Shown: piece by piece, positions 38,280-45,993 of the stretch
How positions within the stretch are numbered: the stretch's first letter is position 1
Layout: every line of letters starts with the position of its first letter
DNA from: Verrucomicrobiota bacterium
Lineage (GTDB): Bacteria; Verrucomicrobiota; Verrucomicrobiia; Opitutales; Cerasicoccaceae
Direction of reading: 5' to 3'
Assembly: GCA_039818205.1 (NCBI GenBank)
Contig: JBCBUK010000007.1
Span: forward strand, 193,675 to 257,674
Length of the DNA: 64,000 nt
Program-made: the position numbers and the translations under genes
The notes under the pieces: generated by a model
The model's input: the letters and a program-made list of their open reading frames with translations, nothing else
Told to the model about the DNA's origin: nothing
Database searches by the model: none

Positions 38280-39451
38280 TGGAAGATACAGAAGTAAAAG
38301 CATCGCAACGGCTCTTAAATGAGATGCTACAAGCGTTGGTTGAGCATGACGCCTCAGACCTGCACTTAGCTCCAGACCATTCGCCACTTTTTAGAATCGA
38401 TGGTCGATTGCGAACAGAAGAACCATTCCTTGCTCGGCTTAACAGTAACCAGCTCCAGTCGATCGCATCTCAGTTAATTGGTGATAACGTATCTGATGCG
38501 ATTCCTCCCTCGGGGTCTATCGATGGCGCGATGAGCTTAGGAGCGGACAAACGCTTCCGATATAACGTATATAATCGACTACCGGGTATTGCTATTGCGA
38601 TACGTCGATTAGAGAGCCGCTTTCGCAGCCTAGAGGAACTCGGGCTACCCCAAACGCTTACCAACTGGTGTGATCTGAGTGATGGCTTAATCCTAGTTGC
38701 TGGCCCCACTGGCTCGGGCAAAAGCACGACTCTGGCAACGCTTATTGATCAAATCAATCGAACGCGCTCGACCCATATTATTACGATCGAAGATCCAGTT
38801 GAATATCTCCACCTCTCGCAAAAGAGTCGAATTGATCAGCGACAGGTGGGGACTCATACACCCGATTTTCATTCAGCGCTCATATCCAGCCTTCGGCAAG
38901 ACCCAGACGTCATTCTAGTTGGCGAGATTCGTGAAAGAGAAACGATTCGGACTGCGTTGACCGCGGCTGAAACCGGACACTTGGTGTTTGCGACGGTTCA
39001 TGCTCCAGACTGTGCCGGGGCAATTCAACGAATTTCTTCTGCATTTCCCGCCGATGAACAATCCGGAGTTCTACGGCAACTAAGCATGAACCTACGCGGT
39101 GTCCTGACACAGCACCTTGTGCCGTCGGACGGCCCGGTAACAACTAGACCCCAGCCTAACCTGGGTAAACGTCCACGGGTTGCCTTGAGCGAAGTTCTTC
39201 AAGTAACACCTGCTGCAGCTAACCTCATTGCCCGCGGCCAGTTCCACAATCTCTATTCATTTATGGAGACTGGTGCGAAACATGGAATGCAAACTCTGGA
39301 AGAGTGCCTTCTCCAATGGGTAAGAACTGGGTTTTTGCAGCGATCAACCGCACTCGCTTGCACGCGAAATCCGAGAATCCTGGAGCAGCGCATGGCCAGA
39401 GAATTGGGAGCCTCCCATTCATCAACTGCTAACGCACGCCTACGCCGATAG
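38279..39451 (+). CDS. pilT: PilT/PilU family retraction ATPase
   Basis: ASDLHL, GPTGSGKST, HIITIEDPVEY, LRQDPDVILVGEIRE, AAETGHLVFATVH, AAANLIAR (AIRNLIRE-like), GMQTLE. Confidence 0.9.
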   Translation: MEDTEVKASQRLLNEMLQALVEHDASDLHLAPDHSPLFRIDGRLRTEEPFLARLNSNQLQSIASQLIGDNVSDAIPPSGSIDGAMSLGADKRFRYNVYNRLPGIAIAIRRLESRFRSLEELGLPQTLTNWCDLSDGLILVAGPTGSGKSTTLATLIDQINRTRSTHIITIEDPVEYLHLSQKSRIDQRQVGTHTPDFHSALISSLRQDPDVILVGEIRERETIRTALTAAETGHLVFATVHAPDCAGAIQRISSAFPADEQSGVLRQLSMNLRGVLTQHLVPSDGPVTTRPQPNLGKRPRVALSEVLQVTPAAANLIARGQFHNLYSFMETGAKHGMQTLEECLLQWVRTGFLQRSTALACTRNPRILEQRMARELGASHSSTANARLRR

Positions 39452-39467
39452 TTTATCTACGTTTGCT

Positions 39468-41042
39468 ATGTCTTCCGCCGAAAACCTCAAAACCGATACC
39501 AGAGTCTCTGCGCAGGAAACGCTCAGCGAGGCAGCGGCATTGGACCTTGAGGAGATCAAATTTGATCCGCGTTGGGCGCTGCAAACCCCGCCCAGCCTCA
39601 TGATCCGCCGGCGTTTACTTCCTCTTGTCGAGTTGGAAGGGAAACTACATGTGGCCGTCGAGAAGTCACTCGACCCGACCTCCGAAAAACTTTTGCAGCG
39701 GTTGACGGGTCTGCCTCTCGTTCCAGTTGTTGCTACCGGAGATTCAATCCGAGCTCTGCAAACCAGGCTCTTTGGGAACCTTCGAAACGCGAGTCGGCAA
39801 GATCGCCCGATCATCGATACGTCTTCGACGCGCGTGGAGGTCCGTGACGGCAACGCGGAAGAAGCAGTAACGGTTTGCGATCAACTACTGAAGACCGGCT
39901 TAATCCGTGGAGCATCGGATATTCATTTCAACGTACAACGAGATGGTTCAGTCCAAGTTCGGCTCCGCATCGACGGCGTACTCACTGAGGAGCTTGTGCT
40001 ACCGGAAGGTTTACGTCTAGCACTGTTCAATCGCTTGAAAGTTCTTGGCGGTCTGGATATCTCAGAAAAACGTGCGTCCCAAGACGGATCCTTTGCCTTT
40101 GAACCTGGCGGTGTTTTGCCCCGTGCGGAAGTACGTATGGCCACAATTCCTGCGAGGCATGGAGAACGCATTACACTGCGTTTACTCATGCGGGAAGACA
40201 GTGGCCTAACTCTAGACAGTTTGGGGTTCTCGGAACAGCACCGTGATCAATTTTCTCGCGCGATTAGTCTTTCCCACGGAATGATCCTACTCACGGGACC
40301 AACTGGAAGCGGTAAAAGCACAACTCTTTATGCCGCGATCAAGCATCTGCTTGCGCAGAAAATGGTTAATGTGATGACTGTAGAGGACCCCGTCGAATAC
40401 GAGATCGATGGGGCAACACAAACCGAAGTTGACGCGCGTCGAGAAAAGGTTTCATTCGCGTCATCCTTGCGTAGTATTCTGCGGCACGACCCAGATGTAG
40501 TAATGCTGGGAGAGATACGAGACCGTGAAACCGCGGAGCTAGCGGTTCGTGCAGCGCTTACGGGTCACCTAGTATTGAGCACTCTGCACACAAACACCGC
40601 CGTAGGCGCGGTTACTCGCTTGATTGATCTAGGAATCGATCGCTTCCTGATTGGCACCATTCTCCGATTGGTTGCTGCTCAGCGACTCGTGCGCGTTCTC
40701 TGTCCGCAATGCCGAATCAAAGACAGTATCGCAGATTCCGAGGCAGCACTTTTGCATCAGCCCGCTCTTCAAGGAGAACCTTGTTGGCGTCCAAAAGGAT
40801 GCTTACACTGTGCCAGCCGGGGATTCGTTGGCCGTTCTGGCCTATTCGAAGTTTTCCCAATCGGTTTGGAGGAATCTCGCCTAATCGGCAACGCATCAAA
40901 TGCCGATTCGATTGAATCGAAACTAGTTGAACTGCGGGATGCAAACAAGAACCCATCGCTGATGTCCGATGGCTTAAAGCGTGTTCAATCCGGACAAACG
41001 ACCATTCAAGAGGTGATTAACGCAACCTCGGACTTCGTGTAA
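39468..41042 (+). CDS. GspE/PilB family extension ATPase
   Basis: N-terminal T2SSE_N-like region, ASDIH, GPTGSGKSTTLY, TVEDPVEY, GEIRD, tetracysteine CPQC...CLHC. Confidence 0.93.
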   Translation: MSSAENLKTDTRVSAQETLSEAAALDLEEIKFDPRWALQTPPSLMIRRRLLPLVELEGKLHVAVEKSLDPTSEKLLQRLTGLPLVPVVATGDSIRALQTRLFGNLRNASRQDRPIIDTSSTRVEVRDGNAEEAVTVCDQLLKTGLIRGASDIHFNVQRDGSVQVRLRIDGVLTEELVLPEGLRLALFNRLKVLGGLDISEKRASQDGSFAFEPGGVLPRAEVRMATIPARHGERITLRLLMREDSGLTLDSLGFSEQHRDQFSRAISLSHGMILLTGPTGSGKSTTLYAAIKHLLAQKMVNVMTVEDPVEYEIDGATQTEVDARREKVSFASSLRSILRHDPDVVMLGEIRDRETAELAVRAALTGHLVLSTLHTNTAVGAVTRLIDLGIDRFLIGTILRLVAAQRLVRVLCPQCRIKDSIADSEAALLHQPALQGEPCWRPKGCLHCASRGFVGRSGLFEVFPIGLEESRLIGNASNADSIESKLVELRDANKNPSLMSDGLKRVQSGQTTIQEVINATSDFV

Positions 41043-41043
41043 G

Positions 41044-42273
41044 ATGGGGCAGTTTTTCCATACATCAAGCCTGCCCTCAGGTGAGCGTCGCCAAGGTGTT
41101 ATTGAAGCCGATACCTTGGACGCCGCGCGTTGGTCGCTGCTAGAACAGGGTTTGCGTCCAGAGAAGCTACAGCCAGCGGGTGCCAATCAAGTTGGACAGA
41201 GCGGCGCAGCATCATCATTCGAGCTCAACCGTGTTGATCCGCGCAATTGGGGCGGCGTAAAATCAGTCCATATCGAACTGACACTTCGGCAGCTATCGGT
41301 AATGCTTCGTAGTGGTTTAACGCTGTTGGCTGCAATTGATACGATCATTGAACTTCCGCCCTCGCGAGCAGTGCGTCGTACTTACGAACAAATTCGTGTT
41401 AAGCTCGAAGGTGGAAGCTCTCTGGCAGATGCGATCTCCGATGAGAAGGGCTTTCCTAAATCGGTTGTCGCGATGATCAGCCTTGGTGAAGAAAGTGGAA
41501 ACCTCGATATCGTAATGAGACGATCGGCCGAGGCGATGGAAAGCGTTCGCCGAAACCGCAACGCCATGATCACCGCCCTATTCTACCCGACCTTCACGTT
41601 GACCTTCGCAATTGGCATCTGCGTATATATGGTTATCGCAGTTATTCCGCCAATGAAGAGAGCCCTTCAAGCATTGGGTCGACCGTTACCCGGGATGACT
41701 CAGTCCCTGCTTGATTTGTCCGATTTCGTCAACACTTACGGACCGGCCATTCTTGCCATTGTTGTCGTCTCGATTCTGACCTTTATATTCATCTATCTTT
41801 GGCCACCCGGCCGGTTAGCTGTTGACCGCACTCTTTTGCGACTTCCGCTTGCCGGTACAATCCTAAGATGCGGAGGAACAGCGCTTTTCGCCCGTTCCAT
41901 GGCAACGCTATTAGAAAGCGGCATTCGGTTGGTCGAGGGCCTTCGCATTCTTACTGCAGTTCACGGGAACAAGCATTTTGCTGCGGTGGTAGACTCAGCC
42001 CGCAATCGCATACTTGAAGGTGGAACGCTCGCGGACAGTCTAGGCCGTGGCCGTGCATACACACCGATGATGGTTAAAATGGTCGGAGTCGGAGAGTCAT
42101 CCGGTAACCTAGAGGAAACTTTGGTCAATGTTGCCGACTTCCATGATGAACGACTGCAGACCCTAATTAAACAGCTTAGCGCCCTTATTGAGCCGATGAT
42201 CGTACTGTTAGTCGGCGGGCTGGTCGGTTACATATATATAGCCTTCTTCGTTGGCCTCTATGGAGCCATGTAA
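41044..42273 (+). CDS. GspF/PilC family inner-membrane platform protein
   Basis: Two T2SSF repeats (RQLSVMLRSG, GEESGNL, GESSGNL, LIEPMI). Confidence 0.93.
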   Translation: MGQFFHTSSLPSGERRQGVIEADTLDAARWSLLEQGLRPEKLQPAGANQVGQSGAASSFELNRVDPRNWGGVKSVHIELTLRQLSVMLRSGLTLLAAIDTIIELPPSRAVRRTYEQIRVKLEGGSSLADAISDEKGFPKSVVAMISLGEESGNLDIVMRRSAEAMESVRRNRNAMITALFYPTFTLTFAIGICVYMVIAVIPPMKRALQALGRPLPGMTQSLLDLSDFVNTYGPAILAIVVVSILTFIFIYLWPPGRLAVDRTLLRLPLAGTILRCGGTALFARSMATLLESGIRLVEGLRILTAVHGNKHFAAVVDSARNRILEGGTLADSLGRGRAYTPMMVKMVGVGESSGNLEETLVNVADFHDERLQTLIKQLSALIEPMIVLLVGGLVGYIYIAFFVGLYGAM

Positions 42274-42354
42274 AACCAATTTTTCATGAGACTACTGCAA
42301 ATCAAACTTCTGGTCCGTAATTCTGAGGATCTCGAGCGGCTATTCCTTTCTAAA

Positions 42355-44514
42355 ATGAAGATTCTGATCGCCCTGATGATGTTACTTGGCATCCAGTCTG
42401 GCCACGCCCAATTCGATGGGGCAAGGCTTCCCGATCCAACACGTCCGAATCCGGTAACTAAAGATCCATCTAGCCCGAATCCGATCACCAAAGAAGCTCT
42501 GGACGCTCTTCGCCGTTCTGGCAACAGTACATCAAGCAACGATGATAAAGAGGTAGATATCGACTACATCCTCGTCGGTTTAGTAATCGGTGGAGACGTG
42601 GATTCACAACGAGGTGTCGCCCTAATCGCGGTGGATGAGAAGCTATTCTTAGTTGGCGAAGGTCAAACAATTCGCAGTGGTGATCACGACATCACGGCTA
42701 CGCAGATCGATGGCGATTCGATTATCGTATTCGATAATAAGGCCAACGAGGCCCACGTCCTTCGGAAAAACGTGCTTGGATTACCCGATGAGGAGGGAAA
42801 GTTATCAATCGTTGAATTTGCCGGTATTCCACTACCGTTCGCAATGCAGGCGTTGTCCTATGTGACAAATCTTCACATTGCTGTCTCAAGCGAAGCGCGC
42901 GATACCGCAGTAACACTGTTTTTGCGAAATGTCACGCCTGAGGAGGCCTTGGAAACGCTAGTAGCGACCCATCAACTCTATTCTAGCCCGATCAACGGTT
43001 CAGATATTTTACGCCTCCAAACTGTCGAAGAGTTTGCTCGCGGATCAACTACTTTCAGGGAGGAACGAAGCCGCGTTTTCACTCTTCGCTTCCCTAATGC
43101 CCGCGACATTGCACTTTCCATACGAGACCTCTTCGGGGAGCGCGTTCGGCTATCAGAGCGCATTGATGAAAGCGAAGAACCCGGTGAGTTCTTGACGGAT
43201 GATCTAGAGCAACGACTGGAGCGTTTCGATATCATTGCTGGCCGTAGCCAGGGTCTTGGTACCACGAGTGATACAACTACAAATGGTTCCAATTTCACTT
43301 CTAATCGCCTTTCGTCATCATCCTTCAACAGCAATCAAACGCAAAACTTTCGTGATACCGGACGTCGCAATGATCAGTTCAACAATAGAAACCGCTTCGA
43401 TTTAACCGAAGAGGAACTCCGTTTATTGGGGACCGTGGACGCAACACGAATCGAAGCGATTCGCGACGCTCGAGCCGACATCTTCGTATCAGTGATTGAT
43501 CGCTTAAATAAGTTACTCATCCGCACTCGCGACGAGCATACTATGGAGGAAATTGCCGTTTTGATTGAGGAACTCGACCAGCCTGCGAAACTGGTATTTC
43601 TAGAAGTTCGCATCCTTCAAGTTCAATTGGACGATGGTCTTGATACCGCTTTTAATTGGTCATTCAATGCCGGTGGATTTAGCGGCAGTTTCTCACCCGG
43701 TAACCCAACTGTTAACGGAAACTTCGTGTTCAGTTATCTGAACGATACTTTTCGAGCCGATCTGCAATTGCTCCAAGATAGGGACAAACTCACGGTCTTG
43801 GGACAGCCTGCATTGATGACGGCAAACAATGAAGTTAGCCGAATTTTTATTGGTGAACAAGTCCCAGTACTCGTTGGTTTCGGCGACAACACGACTGTCG
43901 TTACCGACCTAGGGAACACCGTAAACTTTGCGAATGCAGAGTATGTAGATCAAGATGTGGGCTCTACGCTTCTAATAACGCCTAACATCAATGATGATGA
44001 CACCGTCGAACTGAGATTGCTACAAGAAGAATCTCAAATCGTTAGAAATGGAGCCAATATTCTGGTGCCAGATGGCGATGGAACCTTCGACGAGCGTGCC
44101 ATTGATATCGTCGCGGCCCAGACCGTTAGCGGAACATTCATTGCGGCAAACAATCGGACCTTCGCAATCGGTGGATTGATTCAAGAATCGATCGAAGACG
44201 AACGGTCTCAGATTCCCGTTCTTGGCGATCTACCGCTAATAGGGCGGGCGTTTCGCAACCAAGCAACCACCCGTACTCGAAACGAGATCATCCTGCTCAT
44301 CACCCCAAGTATTATAGAGAACCCGTCCCACGGTGAGACCCTAGCCCAAGACTACGTGGATAGGCATTCACTATATCCAGATACTGACATAAAAGGCGGA
44401 AATCTAGGCGTTTTCAACGAAGACGAGGTGCTTGTTCCTGGTGAGCCGGCAAACGACCCTCCAGAAGAAGCCCTCGATGCATTATTCCACGATCGCTTCG
44501 GACCACGCCGATAA
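42355..44514 (+). CDS. Secretin (GspD/PilQ/MshL family) with an N-terminal MshK/PilP-like domain
   Basis: Signal peptide from ATG 42355; secretin motifs VFLEVRILQV, VGSTLLITPNIN, IPVLGDLPLIGRAF, EIILLITPSII. Confidence 0.92.
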   Translation: MKILIALMMLLGIQSGHAQFDGARLPDPTRPNPVTKDPSSPNPITKEALDALRRSGNSTSSNDDKEVDIDYILVGLVIGGDVDSQRGVALIAVDEKLFLVGEGQTIRSGDHDITATQIDGDSIIVFDNKANEAHVLRKNVLGLPDEEGKLSIVEFAGIPLPFAMQALSYVTNLHIAVSSEARDTAVTLFLRNVTPEEALETLVATHQLYSSPINGSDILRLQTVEEFARGSTTFREERSRVFTLRFPNARDIALSIRDLFGERVRLSERIDESEEPGEFLTDDLEQRLERFDIIAGRSQGLGTTSDTTTNGSNFTSNRLSSSSFNSNQTQNFRDTGRRNDQFNNRNRFDLTEEELRLLGTVDATRIEAIRDARADIFVSVIDRLNKLLIRTRDEHTMEEIAVLIEELDQPAKLVFLEVRILQVQLDDGLDTAFNWSFNAGGFSGSFSPGNPTVNGNFVFSYLNDTFRADLQLLQDRDKLTVLGQPALMTANNEVSRIFIGEQVPVLVGFGDNTTVVTDLGNTVNFANAEYVDQDVGSTLLITPNINDDDTVELRLLQEESQIVRNGANILVPDGDGTFDERAIDIVAAQTVSGTFIAANNRTFAIGGLIQESIEDERSQIPVLGDLPLIGRAFRNQATTRTRNEIILLITPSIIENPSHGETLAQDYVDRHSLYPDTDIKGGNLGVFNEDEVLVPGEPANDPPEEALDALFHDRFGPRR

Positions 44515-44905
44515 CGTTAAAGACTGGTCTGGTTGTCTACGGTCATGCTAAAGATCGTTATTTATACCAAAATCCATATGCGTTTATTTGCGTTTTGACT
44601 ACCGCAAATCATTGAAAGACTCTGACAGCAACTGCTTGAACCCCACCTTTAGGCCCAGACAATATGACTGTAATTGGCCGATTGATGTTTGGGTTGTTTA
44701 GTTGTTTGAGGTTCGGGCGGACTGAGGGCGCGATTGATAAAGGGGTTGATTTCCCTTTTTCTCGAATCGACTATTTAGAATAGCTTTCAAGCATATCCGA
44801 ACAATCAGCAGAGCCTTAGAGGGTGATGCTCTTCTAAGATCTTGGGTTTGGAAGACCTGCGGGCACTGCTTTGACTTTGGAGCTTTCAGAAGCATACAGT
44901 AAACC

Positions 44906-45343
44906 ATGGATATTGATAAAACCAAACTACATGTCACTCTTCTGAAATCTGGAGCCGCGCTTACTTGTGATCAAGTTGTTGATGACTTCATTCCAGAAAC
45001 ATTTTTGGAAACTGTTGAGTCTGGTTGGATCTCGGATGAGAGTTCTTTTGGGCCGATCTATCTGACTTCATTAAGCAAAATGCTAGATGTTAATAGGCGT
45101 GATCCAAGTGCTCTCGAGGCTGGATTGCTAATAATTGGTAGCGCCTCAAATGGCGATCCATTCGTGTTAGATCTTAATTCTGATAGCGGCGAAGTTGGCT
45201 ATCTGTCCCATGAACGTTTTTGGAATGGTGGTGGAGTCGATTCATATGTAAAACTGTCGGATTCGCTGATAGATTGTCTTGAGCTTTCTTTGACCGATGA
45301 ATCTTTCCCTATCGATTGGTATCAAGCTTCGGGCATTGATTAG
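44906..45343 (+). CDS. SMI1/KNR4 (SUKH)-like protein
   Basis: Acidic 145-aa protein with LLIIGSASNGDPFVLDL...GEVGYLSHE...LSDSL pattern. Confidence 0.6.
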   Translation: MDIDKTKLHVTLLKSGAALTCDQVVDDFIPETFLETVESGWISDESSFGPIYLTSLSKMLDVNRRDPSALEAGLLIIGSASNGDPFVLDLNSDSGEVGYLSHERFWNGGGVDSYVKLSDSLIDCLELSLTDESFPIDWYQASGID

Positions 45344-45468
45344 AAGCATTGGTTTGCTTGGCGTGTTTTGCTTGAGTTGTTACTTTGTAGGCAAGAAAGG
45401 GCGAACGCATACATAATAGTCTACTTTCAGTCTACTACACACTATCCTCCTTATTAACTGGCTAGTTC

Positions 45469-45520
45469 GTTGATTTGTAATCTCCAGGTCGTCGGTTCGA
45501 CTCCGACAGGTGGCTCCATT
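45469..45520 (+). repeat. attR: 52-bp duplicated tRNA-Thr 3' fragment
   Basis: Identical to 20911-20962; lacks the 5' acceptor strand and the D arm. Confidence 0.95.
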
Positions 45521-45993
45521 CTGAGTATCAATGGATGAGAGAAGGAAAAGGGGCAACTAAAGCGAAGTATCGTTAACTGGTGCTCGGAATCAAGATGGGT
45601 TCTCTTTGAGAGATCACCAACTAATCGGGAACAACTGACGTAGTGTAGCATCGGATCAGTAAACCCTCCACCCGGTATTTCTCTGATATGACGGAATGTT
45701 CTCCGCACCTTTCGATACGCTGCGGCGTCGGATTACCGGTTCGTGAGTGGGAATTGGCTTACCTAGAATTTACTGGATGAGTACTACTTTTGGCCAGCTG
45801 TACAATCGGCTAGTTGTGTATTTTTTGGGAATTGATAAAATGCGGAGTCAAATACCTCTCTTCCCCGATTCAGTAAAAAAATAGCCTCGTAGTTGATGAG
45901 ACCGCTTTGAAGCGGCTCAGCTAGACAATCGTACCGTAGCCAGATGCGGGAAGGCATCCGGCAATCCTACCCAATTTACTTCACACTAGAACC

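Larger units (their letters stand above)
20911..45520. mobile_element. tRNA-Thr-integrated element (~24.6 kb) with an inovirus-like core and iron/pilus cargo
   Basis: Flanking 52-bp tRNA repeats, an adjacent tyrosine integrase, a rolling-circle Rep and a coat-protein-like gene. Confidence 0.9.

Noticed and set aside
38279..41042. The two P-loop ATPases as possible inovirus pI/Zot
   Set aside because: They carry the Asp box, His box and other motifs of PilT and GspE/PilB secretion ATPases, not the Zot architecture.
25910..44580. ATACCAAAA present near both cargo boundaries (about 25920 and 44565)
   Set aside because: Only 9 bp in AT-rich DNA, with no transposase or clear terminal inverted repeats; could be chance.
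45469..45520. Second tRNA-Thr gene
   Set aside because: Lacks the 5' acceptor strand and D arm; it is the attR repeat.
45888..45970. Two hairpins in the leader of the GH-A gene as a possible riboswitch
   Set aside because: No match by eye to c-di-GMP, cobalamin, TPP or other known aptamer cores; an Rfam search would be needed.
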